64,000 nt of DNA, from contig DFOW01000001.1 of assembly GCA_002376885.1 (NCBI GenBank), forward strand, positions 79,381 through 143,380. Direction: 5' to 3'. Origin of the DNA: Patescibacteria group bacterium UBA3531 (GTDB lineage Bacteria; Patescibacteriota; Minisyncoccia; Phycocordibacterales; UBA3531). Every line of letters starts with the position of its first letter. Position 1 is the first letter of the stretch. Made by a program: the position numbers and the translations under genes. Below, piece by piece: positions 50,953 through 62,774 of the stretch. The notes below the pieces were generated by a model. The model worked only from the letters and a program-made list of their open reading frames with translations. It searched no databases and was not told the DNA's origin.

Positions 50953-51657
50953 TTAGACAGATTGTATCTTCTTCCAATGAATATGCTCGTATATACTAGA
51001 CCACAGGAATCCTAGCGCAAGCGCAAACAAAAGTTCTTCCATTGGTATTCCAAAAATAAGTATCCCCGTAAGACCTTCCAGGTTCCACACCGCACTAACA
51101 TAGTCTGGATAAATAATCACAAGACTCAAAAAGAAAACAAAATAAAGAACCAAAAAGAGCAGCGCACCCAAAGACATTTTTATTTTTAAATCGGGCCTGC
51201 AATACCAAGTGGCTGCGCCGCCACCAAAAAGTGCAATTATAACGGAATAAATTGGATTGAGTTCAGTAGCGAAAAATAATACGGAAAAAATAATGGGCGC
51301 CGAAAATAATGCCAAAATATGAAATTTATGACGCGAGTGGGCCATGTCTTTTTGTGTCATGTTTGTGTGGCGTGTCCCAATGAACGATTCATAAATAATG
51401 GAAGCAATGCCACCGACGGAAAATGCAAAAATTATGCTCTCAATATCAAACCCTGTTCGTTCCGCTAAATTAAACAACGATGGGGGATTCCAGTATTCTG
51501 GTATAAAAATTGGCTCCGTTAGGCCAAGCAGTGCGGTCCACATGCTTGTCGTCAGCATTTCCTTTTTAGACATGGCATTGTCCATCCGGTAATAAAATAC
51601 AAACCATATACCCAGCAAGACAACACTCCATATAAGCCACACGTACTGCATACTCAA
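50953..51657 (-). CDS. Lycopene-cyclase-domain membrane protein
   Basis: IFGIPMEELLF, multiple TM helices. Confidence 0.7.
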   Translation of the reverse strand: MSMQYVWLIWSVVLLGIWFVFYYRMDNAMSKKEMLTTSMWTALLGLTEPIFIPEYWNPPSLFNLAERTGFDIESIIFAFSVGGIASIIYESFIGTRHTNMTQKDMAHSRHKFHILALFSAPIIFSVLFFATELNPIYSVIIALFGGGAATWYCRPDLKIKMSLGALLFLVLYFVFFLSLVIIYPDYVSAVWNLEGLTGILIFGIPMEELLFALALGFLWSSIYEHIHWKKIQSV

Positions 51658-52340
51658 AGAGTTAAAAAAATAATAAGCGAGTAAATAATAACCCCGGCAA
51701 TAAAGTATATCGGAGCTCCTTTATTTTTCTGTGGAATAAAGTCCATAAACGCTATGTAAAGAAAGCCACCAACCACAACAGCAAAGAGCGCATGGTACAT
51801 TAAAAACTTATTGATTGACAGGACATACGCCGTCAAAATACCCAAAATAGCCGATGCCGATAAAAACAAGCGTAAGAACATGTATTTTCGAACGGCATGG
51901 TGTACCGCCTCAAAAGACATGATACCTATCATTCCGTAGAAAGCAAGAGGAAGAAAGAATAAAATTCCCTGTAACGTGTCGTTTTCCAACATCGGCAGAA
52001 GAATTGACCCAACCATAAAATAGTAAAGGAAAAGAACCGCCACATGCACAAAACCATGCCAGAACACCCTTCCAACCCCGCGATTTCCTCGATAAATTGT
52101 TTTTTCTAAAAAATGTATAGCCGCAAAACCAAAAAGCAGGAGAAAATACAGCCCGCTTCCAAAGTGCCCCACCCTTAAATAGACATCGGGAAGTAAAAAC
52201 AAAAAGGCATATGCGACCGACACCCCCCCAACAAACGAAACAACGCCCTGCTTATATTGCTTGGGGATGTTGAACTTTTCGTTATAGAAATGAATGACAC
52301 CTAACAATAAGGAGAGTGTCACACCCAACCATAAAGCCAT
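51654..52340 (-). CDS. Polytopic membrane protein (ZIP-like)
   Basis: SFVGGVSVAYAFLFLLPD, GGFLYIAFMDFIP. Confidence 0.6.
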   Translation of the reverse strand: MALWLGVTLSLLLGVIHFYNEKFNIPKQYKQGVVSFVGGVSVAYAFLFLLPDVYLRVGHFGSGLYFLLLFGFAAIHFLEKTIYRGNRGVGRVFWHGFVHVAVLFLYYFMVGSILLPMLENDTLQGILFFLPLAFYGMIGIMSFEAVHHAVRKYMFLRLFLSASAILGILTAYVLSINKFLMYHALFAVVVGGFLYIAFMDFIPQKNKGAPIYFIAGVIIYSLIIFLTL

Positions 52341-52375
52341 ATTATTTACTTACTGCTTCTGAGCTTTCTAAATAT

Positions 52376-52630
52376 TTATTTTAATGAATCAAACTTTTCT
52401 TTAAGTTGGTCCTTGGTAGCGCCACCCATTGAGAAGAATTCGTCATTAATTAAAATGCCTGGGCTAGACATTATTCCATATTTTTGAACCATTTCCTGCC
52501 CTTCTTTTGTTACCATATCGACCTCTTCAACCACTATATCTGGGTATTCGGCCTTCATGTCTTCTAGAGTATTTTTCACCGCCTTGCAATGCCCGCACCC
52601 ATCAGGACGTATAAGTGTAACTTTTATCAT
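52376..52630 (-). CDS. Small thioredoxin/glutaredoxin-fold protein
   Basis: CGHC, YGIMSSP. Confidence 0.88.
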   Translation of the reverse strand: MIKVTLIRPDGCGHCKAVKNTLEDMKAEYPDIVVEEVDMVTKEGQEMVQKYGIMSSPGILINDEFFSMGGATKDQLKEKFDSLK

Positions 52631-52878
52631 AATTCTTCATCTTTTACTTTGTTAATATTTGACCTTTTTGTAATTCTTTTAGCGGCAATCATAGAAAAAA
52701 CAATAACGATAATCGCAATAATGGGCCCTAGAATTTCTGCCTCTCCCAAATCAGTAACATCCGAACCTTCCTCGTGAGCAAACGACACAAATGGAAATAG
52801 AATTGTAATAACAACAATTAAAAACAGATATATTTTAGGGTTTTTTTGTGTAGTTGTGGTATTAATTATTTTGCTCAT
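52627..52878 (-). CDS. Small membrane protein
   Basis: Signal-like segment ending AHEE plus one TM; overlaps both neighbours. Confidence 0.6.
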   Translation of the reverse strand: MSKIINTTTTQKNPKIYLFLIVVITILFPFVSFAHEEGSDVTDLGEAEILGPIIAIIVIVFSMIAAKRITKRSNINKVKDEEL

Positions 52879-53830
52879 TCTGTTTTTTCCCTTTTAACGC
52901 ACTCCATATAATCGTTCCTCCAATTATACCTGCTAACACGATCCATGGCAGAACACCACCAGTACCTGGTGGAATATTTAAGGATGATTCAATTGCTCCA
53001 GATTCCGCAATTTGTGGAAAAGTCTTTTCGAGCATCCTGTTCCACCCCTGATGAATTATGGAGTCCTCAAACCATGCCATACCAAATGCACCATAGTTAA
53101 GTATGAACGCCCCAAGGACAATAAGTGACCACGATACCCACTGCTTAACCCTTTCTTGGTAAGAACTTATTTTATTCATGGCATTTATCCCGACCACAGC
53201 AAGAGCAACAAGAAACAGTAATGGAACCATCCTACCTAGTCCATGGAGCGCTCCTAGCGATGCGCCTATTTGGGGGATACCAAGCGTAGCAACATATCCA
53301 AACAGAATATAGAAAGCCGGATTAGGACACCCAACACCAGCATTTCCTAGAAAAAATCCAAGGAAAAAACTTCTAAAATAATCATTTTTTCCTTGAAGCG
53401 ATTTGGGTAATATAGTCTGCTTAAATGGAAGTTTGAATTTAATTAAGTTGAGTTCCGACAGACCAAACAGTAAGGCCGCCACACCTCCAAGTAGCAGCAT
53501 TACACTTATTATTTTGTACAAGGCCACAAAACCACCAAGCCAACCAAGCGCTAGCCCATAAATGGTGAAGGTAAGTGTAAGACCCGCACCAAATAAAAGT
53601 GCCATAATAATCCCCTTTCCAGGCTTTCGCGAAAGAGCAAGCGGGACAATGATAAATACAAGAGGGAAAGTGCACGGTAAAAAAATCATTGATATTCCCG
53701 CCAGAAATGCTAGGGAATAACCTGGCACAAATTGTGGAGAAGTCCACAAACTAAACAGGCTTATTAGAACAATAGACAGCAAAATAAATGCCGCAGAAAC
53801 CACCCAGATTTTTAACGTATTTGCACTCAT
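52862..53830 (-). CDS. CcdA/DsbD-beta family transmembrane thiol transporter
   Basis: FLPCTFP and GCPNP cysteines in TM segments. Confidence 0.85.
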   Translation of the reverse strand: MSANTLKIWVVSAAFILLSIVLISLFSLWTSPQFVPGYSLAFLAGISMIFLPCTFPLVFIIVPLALSRKPGKGIIMALLFGAGLTLTFTIYGLALGWLGGFVALYKIISVMLLLGGVAALLFGLSELNLIKFKLPFKQTILPKSLQGKNDYFRSFFLGFFLGNAGVGCPNPAFYILFGYVATLGIPQIGASLGALHGLGRMVPLLFLVALAVVGINAMNKISSYQERVKQWVSWSLIVLGAFILNYGAFGMAWFEDSIIHQGWNRMLEKTFPQIAESGAIESSLNIPPGTGGVLPWIVLAGIIGGTIIWSALKGKKQNEQNN

Positions 53831-53889
53831 AGTTTTGTTATGATACCCATAAATCTATGGAACTTATTATACCACATTTAGAATTACTG

Positions 53890-54345
53890 CTATAAACTAG
53901 TTTTCCATTCAAATTTACGCTCTTCTACACCCCCAACATTCCTTATAAACAAAGTAATCGACTTAGCTTCGGGTTCTATTTCTTTAAAACTAAGTATTCC
54001 TTCGCGGTGATGTCCACCAGCTGGATCCCCTTCCCACCCTACTGGCTTATATTCATTACCCTTCTCGTCTACCATGATAGAAACTTCGACCATATCTTCA
54101 TTTATATCCATGGAATGGGTATTGAGTACCACATCGAAACTACTTAGGGTTTCATCTAGTGGTGTAACAGTCACCGAAACTGCTCCATCCTCATTAGTTT
54201 GAGAAACCAATTCTTCAATATATACGTTATTCTGTACAGGTTTCTCGACTTGAATTTGATTACTTTTATTATTACCCCAAACTACTACCGCCACACCAGT
54301 AGAAACTATTACAAGCAGAACAATACTTAGAGTTAATTTATTCAT
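53890..54345 (-). CDS. Hypothetical membrane-anchored protein
   Basis: LNTHS..GGHHREG. Confidence 0.75.
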   Translation of the reverse strand: MNKLTLSIVLLVIVSTGVAVVVWGNNKSNQIQVEKPVQNNVYIEELVSQTNEDGAVSVTVTPLDETLSSFDVVLNTHSMDINEDMVEVSIMVDEKGNEYKPVGWEGDPAGGHHREGILSFKEIEPEAKSITLFIRNVGGVEERKFEWKTSL

Positions 54346-54785
54346 ATTTGTTTATGAAAGATAATTACTTTTCTCGCTATATAGACAATACCAGCCATAT
54401 TAAAAGCCAGTCCTGTCCAAAAAAATTCGATTTGGTATTGACTTATAATGCTCACAAAACCAGTAACGCCAAGTACGGGCAGAATATTAACCAGATAGTG
54501 GGCACAACATGAAATCATTGCACCTGTTGATGTTGTTCCAGACACTGCAAGTACTCCCTTTGAAGAATCTAATTTATGTACCATATTTTTTAGGTAAGTA
54601 TAAAGGGCAATTTGGATACCAAAGCCTATGGCTAAACTTACAACGAAGTACCAGAATTGAGAAAATTGATCCACCGCAAATGGCCATCCGGATACAGCTG
54701 TGATTACACTGAAATATACAGCTAGCAGAGCAGTAGCACAAAAGACTCCATACGATACTGATTTTATTATGATTTTTTTATTCAT
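54342..54785 (-). CDS. Hypothetical membrane protein with CCAH motif
   Basis: MISCCAHY; start uncertain (54785 or 54836). Confidence 0.75.
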   Translation of the reverse strand: MNKKIIIKSVSYGVFCATALLAVYFSVITAVSGWPFAVDQFSQFWYFVVSLAIGFGIQIALYTYLKNMVHKLDSSKGVLAVSGTTSTGAMISCCAHYLVNILPVLGVTGFVSIISQYQIEFFWTGLAFNMAGIVYIARKVIIFHKQI

Positions 54786-54994
54786 GTTACTATGTCCTAC
54801 GTCTACCTCAACTTTTTTGCTTTTATGCGTATTCAATTTTTGATAATTTTGTAGTCCGTACAGCTCAACACTACAAAACTGAACGGCACGCGGCTATAGT
54901 AAAACTAACAATTATAAACAATTAAGATGAATTAAAGTCCATAATTCTTTTGTACAAAACAACCCCAACAAGGTCAAAATTTTTAAAGATATGT

Positions 54995-57457
54995 CTATAT
55001 ACGGGTTTTCTTTAAGCGAAGTGAGTTTACCAGGACACTTATTGAACTTGCTGCCATGGCAGCGGCAGCGATTATTGGACTCAATAGGAATCCAAAGAGT
55101 GGATACAGAAGCCCTGCCGCAACTGGTATTCCGGCAGTATTATATGCAAAAGACAAGAATAGATTCTGTTTTATGTTTTTCATAGTTCCCCTACTAAGCT
55201 TAATGGATTTTACGGCATCAAGTAGGTCACTCTTCATAAGCACAATGTCCGCACTCTCAATTGCAACATCCGTACCAGCCCCAATTGCTATACCAATATC
55301 AGCTTGTGTTAGTGCTGGAGCATCGTTTATTCCGTCACCAACCATCCCAATAATGGATCCTTCTTCTTGAAGTTTTTTAACATGATTTGATTTATCTTCT
55401 GGAAGAACTTGCGAAAAAACATGTTTTTTATCTATGCCAACCTGAGATGCAATAGCTTGTGCTGTTCGTTCATTATCGCCTGTTATCATATATACATTAA
55501 TACTTTCGTTTTTAAATGCCTTAATTGCAGCTTCTGAAGTTTCCTTTATGGTGTCGGCTACACAAATGATTCCTAAAAGTTTATTGGTATCAGCAAAGAG
55601 CATGACCGTATTACCCTCCTCTTCAAATTTGTGGATTGTTTCGAGATTGGTTTTATATTCTATATTTTTTTGGTCCATAAGTTTCCTTGTGCCTACATAA
55701 AACTTTTTACCTGATAGTTCTCCGTAAAGCCCATGTCCAGGTATTTCTTCAAAGTGCGACGTCTTTTCGAAATTAACTTCCTTTTCCTTGGCATGCCTTA
55801 CTATTGCTTCTGCAAGTGGGTGTTTAGAGTTCTTTTCAATTGAAGAAGAGGAGATCAGTATATCTTCTTCACTCATATCAGAAAAGCTTTTTATATTAGT
55901 GAGTGTTGGCTCTCCTTTGGTGATTGTTCCCGTTTTATCAAGAATAATTGCATTTATTTTCTGTGCCTGTTCAAGTGCCGTAGCACTCTTTATTAAGATT
56001 CCATGTTCAGCACCGAGACCAGTTCCAACCATGATCGATGTAGGAGTTGCAAGCCCTAGTGCACATGGGCATGCGATAATAAGAATAGTAATTAAAATTG
56101 TTAGTGCGAATAAAAATTCTGCACCAACTAAAAAGAACCATACAGCAAACGAAAGTAGTGCTACAACAATAACAGCCCATACAAAATATCCGGAGACAAT
56201 ATCAGCAAGTCTTGCAATAGGAGCTTTTGAACCTTGTGCTTCTTGAATAAGTTTAATAATTTGTGCAAGAGCTGTATCTTTTCCAACCTTTGTAGCCTTA
56301 AACTGTATTGCTCCAGACTTATTAATTGTTGCGCCTATGACAGCATCTCCAATTTTTTTGTCTATTGGAACACTCTCCCCAGTAATCATAGATTCATCGA
56401 CACTTGTTGTGCCGTCAATAATTTCGCCATCAACAGGGATCTTTTCACCAGGTCGCACCAATACAATGTCCCCTTCTACCAACTCTTCAATTGGAATCTC
56501 TTCCTCCTGGCCATTCCGCAAGACGATAGCGGTCTTCGCAGCAAGGTCCATAAGTTTCCTAATAGACTCTGATGTCTTTCCTTTGGTCGCTTCTTCGAGA
56601 TATTTACCAAGCAGTATAAGGGCAATAATAACACCGGCAGTTTCAAAATATAGATCTGTTACAAATTCAAAGTTACCATTCATTATTTCGTATACAGCGT
56701 ATATTCCGTAAAGATAAGCCGCAGCTGTTCCCAACCCTATAAGGGTGTCCATGTTTGGTGTCCTTTTTATAAGGTTTCGAAAACCTACCGTATAGAATTT
56801 ATACCCAGCAATAATTACAGGGATAGATAAAATAGCCTGCACCATTGCAAACCGGAGGGGATATATTTCTGGATTTAAAAAACCTGGTATCAGACTCTTG
56901 CTTATAATTTCGCTCATTGCCAAAAATAAAATTGGCGCTGAAAATATTGCTGCAACCCAGAATTTTCTTTTTAGTGTTGTTATTTCTTTTTCTTTTGCCT
57001 TTTTTTCTTTTTCGTATATATCCTCCCCCTCATCAGCTATAATTGCCTCATATCCTGCATTGTCAATAGCTTTTTTTAATTCAGATAATTTTACTAAAGA
57101 TGAATTGTATTTAAACTTGGCATACGTATTGGCAAAATTAACATCAACATCTTTTACTCCATCAAATTTAAGTAGTGTATCTTTAACCACACCAGCACAA
57201 TGATCTGAACCCATTCCAAGTACTTTAAACTCCCCATCTCGATAGTCCTCATCCATTAGCGTATAGCCAGTATCTTCAACCAACTCTGTGATTTCTTTTA
57301 TATTCGTTACCTTATCATCAAAATTCACTTCACAGCTTTCTGTTGCGTAATTTACATTAGCACTAGAAATACCTTCGTGTTTCTTTAAAGCACCCTCAAC
57401 AGTATGTGCACAACTCGCACAGTGCATTCCTATTATTTTAAAAGTTTTCTTTGTCAT
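54995..57457 (-). CDS. copA: Copper-translocating P1B-1 ATPase
   Basis: GMHCASC HMA domain, TGES, CPC, DKTGT, HP, GDGIND, YN, MAASS. Confidence 0.96.
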   Translation of the reverse strand: MTKKTFKIIGMHCASCAHTVEGALKKHEGISSANVNYATESCEVNFDDKVTNIKEITELVEDTGYTLMDEDYRDGEFKVLGMGSDHCAGVVKDTLLKFDGVKDVDVNFANTYAKFKYNSSLVKLSELKKAIDNAGYEAIIADEGEDIYEKEKKAKEKEITTLKRKFWVAAIFSAPILFLAMSEIISKSLIPGFLNPEIYPLRFAMVQAILSIPVIIAGYKFYTVGFRNLIKRTPNMDTLIGLGTAAAYLYGIYAVYEIMNGNFEFVTDLYFETAGVIIALILLGKYLEEATKGKTSESIRKLMDLAAKTAIVLRNGQEEEIPIEELVEGDIVLVRPGEKIPVDGEIIDGTTSVDESMITGESVPIDKKIGDAVIGATINKSGAIQFKATKVGKDTALAQIIKLIQEAQGSKAPIARLADIVSGYFVWAVIVVALLSFAVWFFLVGAEFLFALTILITILIIACPCALGLATPTSIMVGTGLGAEHGILIKSATALEQAQKINAIILDKTGTITKGEPTLTNIKSFSDMSEEDILISSSSIEKNSKHPLAEAIVRHAKEKEVNFEKTSHFEEIPGHGLYGELSGKKFYVGTRKLMDQKNIEYKTNLETIHKFEEEGNTVMLFADTNKLLGIICVADTIKETSEAAIKAFKNESINVYMITGDNERTAQAIASQVGIDKKHVFSQVLPEDKSNHVKKLQEEGSIIGMVGDGINDAPALTQADIGIAIGAGTDVAIESADIVLMKSDLLDAVKSIKLSRGTMKNIKQNLFLSFAYNTAGIPVAAGLLYPLFGFLLSPIIAAAAMAASSISVLVNSLRLKKTRI

Positions 57458-57462
57458 AAAAA

Positions 57463-58578
57463 TTATCTTATAGTCTTATAGCCGTTCTTAACACCCTTTT
57501 TAGAAAGCACAACCTGCCAAAGCTGGTTTTTTCTAGCACGAAACGCCCCTGCAGAAAGTAAGAGGTAATATTCCCACATCCTGTAGAATCTTTCGTCGTA
57601 ATTTGATTTAATTGTATCCCAATTATTTTTAAAATTCTTGTGCCACGCCATCAATGTTTTGTCGTAGTCCGAACCAAAATTATGCCAATCCTCCATCACA
57701 AACAATCCCTCTATAGATTTTCCAATTTGTGTAACTGACGGCAACATTGAATTTGGAAAGATATATTTTCCATACCACGGGTCTGTACCTTTCACTGACT
57801 TATTTCCACCGATCGTATGAAGTAAAAATAATCCGTCATCCTTCAAAGAACCGTGAACTGTTTTCATAAATGTACGATAATTTTTGTATCCAACATGTTC
57901 AAACATGCCCAACGATACCACATGGTCAAACTTCTGATCTATATCGCGGTAGTCTTTTAGAAGTGTTTTAGCCGATGTATTTTTATAGAGACTGTCAGCA
58001 AGTTCTTTTTGCTCTTTTGATACAGTAAGTCCTGTGGCATTTGCCTTGTATTTCTCTGCGGCATATCCTATAAAACTTCCCCATCCAGATCCTATATCTA
58101 AAACACTCTGGCCATCTTTAAGCCCAATTTTTTTGCATACTAGGTCAAGCTTTGCCTCTTGTGCTCTATCTAAATTTTCTGCATTTTCCCAATATCCACA
58201 GGTATACACCATTCTTTTATCAAGCATTGCTTTGTAAAGATCATTACCTGCATCATAGTGATGCTCTCCTATTTCAAAAGCCTTTGATTTTCTTCCGGTA
58301 TTTGATATCACTTGCCAAGCCAGCATGGCTGCCATTTTCCAATCCCTTTTAACTTTTTGATCAAGTTTTGCACGAAGAACCTTGTTGATCAGTTCATCAA
58401 GCTGATCACACTCCCACCATCCATCCATATAGGACTCCCCCAGACCAAGTGTTCCACTTTTTAATACGCGAGTATAAAATCTGCCATCTTTTATTTGTGG
58501 GTCGTAAGGTTTGTTACCATTTATAGTTACGCCCGTTCCCTCAAGCAAGTCGTCAAATGTCTTTTTATTGGTTCCCAT
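57463..58578 (-). CDS. cfa: Cyclopropane-fatty-acyl-phospholipid synthase
   Basis: [33 protein letters not shown]. Confidence 0.93.
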   Translation of the reverse strand: MGTNKKTFDDLLEGTGVTINGNKPYDPQIKDGRFYTRVLKSGTLGLGESYMDGWWECDQLDELINKVLRAKLDQKVKRDWKMAAMLAWQVISNTGRKSKAFEIGEHHYDAGNDLYKAMLDKRMVYTCGYWENAENLDRAQEAKLDLVCKKIGLKDGQSVLDIGSGWGSFIGYAAEKYKANATGLTVSKEQKELADSLYKNTSAKTLLKDYRDIDQKFDHVVSLGMFEHVGYKNYRTFMKTVHGSLKDDGLFLLHTIGGNKSVKGTDPWYGKYIFPNSMLPSVTQIGKSIEGLFVMEDWHNFGSDYDKTLMAWHKNFKNNWDTIKSNYDERFYRMWEYYLLLSAGAFRARKNQLWQVVLSKKGVKNGYKTIR

Positions 58579-58587
58579 AAAATAAAA

Positions 58588-59403
58588 TTAGTTGCTATTT
58601 TTAAATGTTGATTCGCATCTCTTACTACAAAAATAATATATTTCTCCATCCCGATCAAGGGTAAATGGAGCTAAATTTTTTTGAAGCTTCATTTCACAAA
58701 CTGGATCGATTACCATCTTTTGTTCCCCTTCTTTTAGTTTTCCGTCTTCCATCCAGAGCACTCTATCTGCGATATCCATAAGACGAGAATCATGGCTCAC
58801 AATAATAACCGCCTTGTTAAGTTTTTTGGCAATTGAGGTTAGAAGCTCCATAACCTTGTGCCCAGATTTTGAGTCAAGATTTGCCGTAGGCTCATCGGCA
58901 AGCACAATATCGGGATTTGTAACAAGGGCCCTTGCGATAGAGACTCTTTGCTTTTCTCCACCACTTAAATCTTGGACTCTGTAGTTCAGGCGATCCCCCA
59001 AACCAAGTTCCTTGAGTATTTCTATGGATTTGCTTTGTGCGTCATAGGACTGATAGCCGTTCATTTCAAGCACCACAGCAACGTTTTCTAAAACAGTCAG
59101 AGACTTTAATAGGTTAAAAGACTGGAACACAAAACCGATTTTCCGAGACCTAATTTCAGGAAGTTTCTTTTTAGGCAAGGAAGTTATGTTTGTGTTTCCA
59201 TAATATACATTACCGGAGTCAGCAGAAAGCAGAGATCCGATTATTGTTAACAATGTAGTTTTACCACTTCCAGAGGGCCCCATAATAAGAACTATTTCAT
59301 CCTTTTTCGCGGCAAAAGACACGTCATCCACGGCACGTACCACACCAGCCCCTTTACCAAAAGTTTTATTTAATTTTTCAATTTTTAAAAAGGTTTCTTT
59401 CAT
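58588..59403 (-). CDS. MacB/LolD-type ABC ATPase with C-terminal YHS domain
   Basis: GPSGSGKT, LSGGE, DEPT; DPVCEM...YYFCSKRC. Confidence 0.92.
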   Translation of the reverse strand: MKETFLKIEKLNKTFGKGAGVVRAVDDVSFAAKKDEIVLIMGPSGSGKTTLLTIIGSLLSADSGNVYYGNTNITSLPKKKLPEIRSRKIGFVFQSFNLLKSLTVLENVAVVLEMNGYQSYDAQSKSIEILKELGLGDRLNYRVQDLSGGEKQRVSIARALVTNPDIVLADEPTANLDSKSGHKVMELLTSIAKKLNKAVIIVSHDSRLMDIADRVLWMEDGKLKEGEQKMVIDPVCEMKLQKNLAPFTLDRDGEIYYFCSKRCESTFKNSN

Positions 59404-59405
59404 AA

Positions 59406-60518
59406 CTATGATTTAAACACAAGTGCTGGATCGATTGAATCTATCTTTCTTATTGGAACAAAGGATGACAGAACGCTCATAAATAGCGCAATCACAAACA
59501 CATAAAGGTAATATTTTGCTGGAAGTTCAAAATTTACCGCAGGAACAATATAAAAAGCTATGACCTCTATCAAGAAATATAACCCCACACCAACAACAAA
59601 CCCTAAAACACTTGAAATAAAAGCCTGCTCAAACACGATCCTGTAAAGTTTCCCACTCTTAATTCCTATGGCCTTTAGTACTCCATATTCTTGAGACTTT
59701 TCCGATGTTGTGGAATAGACCGTAATCCCTATAACAGTTACTCCAACAAACAATCCTATAAAAACAAGTATTGATATTATTGGGAGAAAACTATCCTTAA
59801 TAACTTTTTCATTACTATCAGCAATAAACTCGTTTTCAACAACACTAGAGTCGGGAACAATATTTTTAGCAGACTCCAAAACATTGTCAGAATTGCCAGG
59901 CTCTACTTCAAGCAAATAATAGTTAACAATTGGGCCGCTATCAAATACTCTTTGGGCATCAGTTTTTGTAATAAATGTGTACTGAAACACTAGTACATTA
60001 GTATCAAGCGATATACCAGCCACCTTAAATACCTCATCATTAATTACGACTTCATCTCCGAGGTCAACTCCATACGCAAACGCTAGACTCCTGTCAAGAA
60101 TCACCTCACCACTATCTAGGTTTTTGGGGGTCTTTCCATCAAACAAACTCCATGGAGTTCCTGCTCCTGTATTTTGATCAAAACCAAGAACCACAGTTGT
60201 AACTTTCTCATTGTTAATTTCTATCCTCGTAGGAATACTCAATATAGAGCTTGCATTTTTCACGCCCCTTACCTTGCCCAATTCATCTGCAAAACCATCT
60301 AAAAGAAGTGACCTGGTGTGAAACAAGTCCGCACTTCCTTTTTGTATCACCCACAAATCACCCCCCGTCTTAAGAGGCAAATCTCGCGACGGAATAATTG
60401 AACCAAAATATACACCCAGAGGTGCAACGATTACTAGAATAGAAAAAGTAACTCCACCCACACTAGTAGCAAACTTAACCTTTTCTGCCAATAAATTTTT
60501 TCTAGATATAGAAATCAT
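59406..60518 (-). CDS. FtsX/MacB-family ABC permease
   Basis: EYGVLKAIG, IDPALVFK; one TM, extracellular domain, three TM. Confidence 0.9.
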   Translation of the reverse strand: MISISRKNLLAEKVKFATSVGGVTFSILVIVAPLGVYFGSIIPSRDLPLKTGGDLWVIQKGSADLFHTRSLLLDGFADELGKVRGVKNASSILSIPTRIEINNEKVTTVVLGFDQNTGAGTPWSLFDGKTPKNLDSGEVILDRSLAFAYGVDLGDEVVINDEVFKVAGISLDTNVLVFQYTFITKTDAQRVFDSGPIVNYYLLEVEPGNSDNVLESAKNIVPDSSVVENEFIADSNEKVIKDSFLPIISILVFIGLFVGVTVIGITVYSTTSEKSQEYGVLKAIGIKSGKLYRIVFEQAFISSVLGFVVGVGLYFLIEVIAFYIVPAVNFELPAKYYLYVFVIALFMSVLSSFVPIRKIDSIDPALVFKS

Positions 60519-60529
60519 GTGAAAAATAG

Positions 60530-61420
60530 CTAGACTCCACAACCAGCACCTCCTTGTATATTTGTTGGTTTTACTTTTGCCAAAACGCTTCTATATCCGG
60601 ACGCACTTGAATACTCATAACTAAGTAGTTCTTTTGGGGTGATGTCATTCAAATTATTTTCAGAAACATACTGAGCCAAAACAGAATAGGTGCTTGGGAA
60701 CCATAATGCATTGACACCAAGCGCAATGGTATACATTTCATCTTCTGTTGTGTCATTTGCCGCTAACAGCTCAAGGAGTCCAAGCATTGCCATTCCATGA
60801 TTGCAGTCTGGGAAATAGGTTGAGTTCCCGCAACATGGCCTATATATATTTTTGGACACCTCTTCGACACGACGCTGTTGTTCCGGTGTTAGTGTTACAA
60901 ATTCATATTTACTGTAGTGATCCATTGCGTTGCCTCTTGCAATAGACCACCCGCCTGTCGAGGCAAACCTTCCTGCTCCACCATACTTGGGATCCATCAT
61001 CGGACCCTCTTCAAGAATCATGTTTTTATTAGAAAGCCCAAACGCCCACAACACATTTAAAAGCACCCCAGCGTTTTGTTGTGTTATAACAATTTCTCTA
61101 TTATTGCTCTCGAATAATAACTTTCTAGTTTCGGGATCAAGGCCTCCTCGTTTTTCATAAAGTGACTCGAATTTTTCCTTATCTATAACCCCTTGTTCAA
61201 TCATTTGTTTTCCATAGTCAGACCAAATAACAGGAAGAGCAATCTCTTTTGGCATCAGTATTGAAGCAATCTCAGTCTCTTTAGCCACTGTTTCCGAACT
61301 TGTGCGCGCTCTTTGTTCATTACCAGTTAACAAAAAGATACCAAGTATAAGTAACACAAGCACCGCAAGAGAAATAAATCCAATTATATACTCTTTTGAA
61401 TTATTGGTTTTTTGTTCCAT
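60530..61420 (-). CDS. Hypothetical membrane-anchored Cys-motif protein
   Basis: RPCCGN..PDCNHG, C-terminal GCGV. Confidence 0.8.
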   Translation of the reverse strand: MEQKTNNSKEYIIGFISLAVLVLLILGIFLLTGNEQRARTSSETVAKETEIASILMPKEIALPVIWSDYGKQMIEQGVIDKEKFESLYEKRGGLDPETRKLLFESNNREIVITQQNAGVLLNVLWAFGLSNKNMILEEGPMMDPKYGGAGRFASTGGWSIARGNAMDHYSKYEFVTLTPEQQRRVEEVSKNIYRPCCGNSTYFPDCNHGMAMLGLLELLAANDTTEDEMYTIALGVNALWFPSTYSVLAQYVSENNLNDITPKELLSYEYSSASGYRSVLAKVKPTNIQGGAGCGV

Positions 61421-61426
61421 ATATAA

Positions 61427-61912
61427 TTACCCTTCTTGCTTAATTACGTTTGCGGTAAATTGGACTTTTATATCTGGAGTTGCAGTTGAATTAGTCTTCA
61501 AAAATAATTCTCGCTTAACCGGACCAACCCCATTGGGGCCATGCGCTAGTGGGTCATAAATGGCTGTTAATATCTTCTCATTGCCCGCAGGTATAACGAC
61601 ATTTCCACCCCTGCTTTCATGCATACCAAACCGCAGCCCCCCAATCTCTCCCTCTGTGCACACACAGCTTGTTACCGCAGAAACTATCTCGACGTCCTCT
61701 GCTCCTTCGTTTTTCAAAACATATTCTGTACTTACCTTCCCACCCAAAATATCTATTTCCCCAAAATCATAAAGTGGATTAACTACAGTGATTTCAGAAG
61801 CAGAAGTTGTTTTAATATTGTTCTCTGTAGAATTTCCAGGTGATCCCCACACGACAAGTACAATAGCCACAAGTGCTATTAGACCTAGAATAGTAATGGT
61901 ATTATTTTTCAT
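61427..61912 (-). CDS. DUF1573 Ig-like protein
   Basis: YDFGEI, TSCVCT. Confidence 0.8.
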   Translation of the reverse strand: MKNNTITILGLIALVAIVLVVWGSPGNSTENNIKTTSASEITVVNPLYDFGEIDILGGKVSTEYVLKNEGAEDVEIVSAVTSCVCTEGEIGGLRFGMHESRGGNVVIPAGNEKILTAIYDPLAHGPNGVGPVKRELFLKTNSTATPDIKVQFTANVIKQEG

Positions 61913-61936
61913 ATTTTTTAAATTCCTATTATTAAT

Positions 61937-62773
61937 TTATTTTCCTTCGTCAATGTCGACTTGTATAACTACCTCTGCTTCCGGTGTTGTTGGGTCATTT
62001 GTTGGTATAAACACCGTACGCTTAAATACATCGACAGGCTCTTCGTGAAAATCGGGGTCAAATACGACTGTCAATGTTGCTTCTCCTCCAGAATCTATTG
62101 AAGTTGCTGAGACGGACGCAGATGTACAACTACAACTTGTAGTAATACCACCTATTTCTAAAATACTTGTTCCATTATTTTGTATTGTAAATGTCTCTGT
62201 AACCACACCCCCAAACTGCGGGATAACCCCAAAGTCATGAAATGTTCTGTCAATTGCGATTATTGGTCCGTCTTTTAATGCGCTCGTTTCTGTACCTGAA
62301 CGAAACACATTTCCTTCATATTCTCCAGACTCAGTAAAGGGGTAGCCGTCCTCCTCCCAATGTATCATGCCCCCCGCCACACTTTTAATATTGGTGTACC
62401 CAAGGGAATCCATAATATCGTAAGCCGTCTTGCTTCTAGCGCCACTTCTACAGTAAATAATGATCTCTTTGTTCTTCGCATCCTCACCTAGCCCGATACC
62501 GTTGAGAGATTCTTGAGACAATTCCTGCACTGGAAGCAGTAGTGAGTTTTCAAGGTGCACTTCTTCATATTCTTCTGGGGTACGAACATCAAGAAGGATA
62601 ATATCTTCATTGTTTTTTATCTTCTGGACAACAATAGAGGGGGCTATTTCAAAATCTTTCACATCATCTACATGAGCTACATCTTTCATATCATTACCAG
62701 CAACACTCACAATATACAATAGTACGATGACAATAAGAACAATTACTATATAAAAGATTACCTTTGGATTCAT
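61937..62773 (-). CDS. Rhodanese + DUF1573 fusion protein
   Basis: LDVRTPEEY, YCRSGARS, GGMIHW; HDFG..TSCSCT. Confidence 0.88.
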   Translation of the reverse strand: MNPKVIFYIVIVLIVIVLLYIVSVAGNDMKDVAHVDDVKDFEIAPSIVVQKIKNNEDIILLDVRTPEEYEEVHLENSLLLPVQELSQESLNGIGLGEDAKNKEIIIYCRSGARSKTAYDIMDSLGYTNIKSVAGGMIHWEEDGYPFTESGEYEGNVFRSGTETSALKDGPIIAIDRTFHDFGVIPQFGGVVTETFTIQNNGTSILEIGGITTSCSCTSASVSATSIDSGGEATLTVVFDPDFHEEPVDVFKRTVFIPTNDPTTPEAEVVIQVDIDEGK

Positions 62774-62774
62774 A

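Noticed and set aside
54837-54990. Possible small gene between copA and the CCAH protein gene
   Set aside because: The ATG at 54942 hits a stop after six codons; no convincing frame
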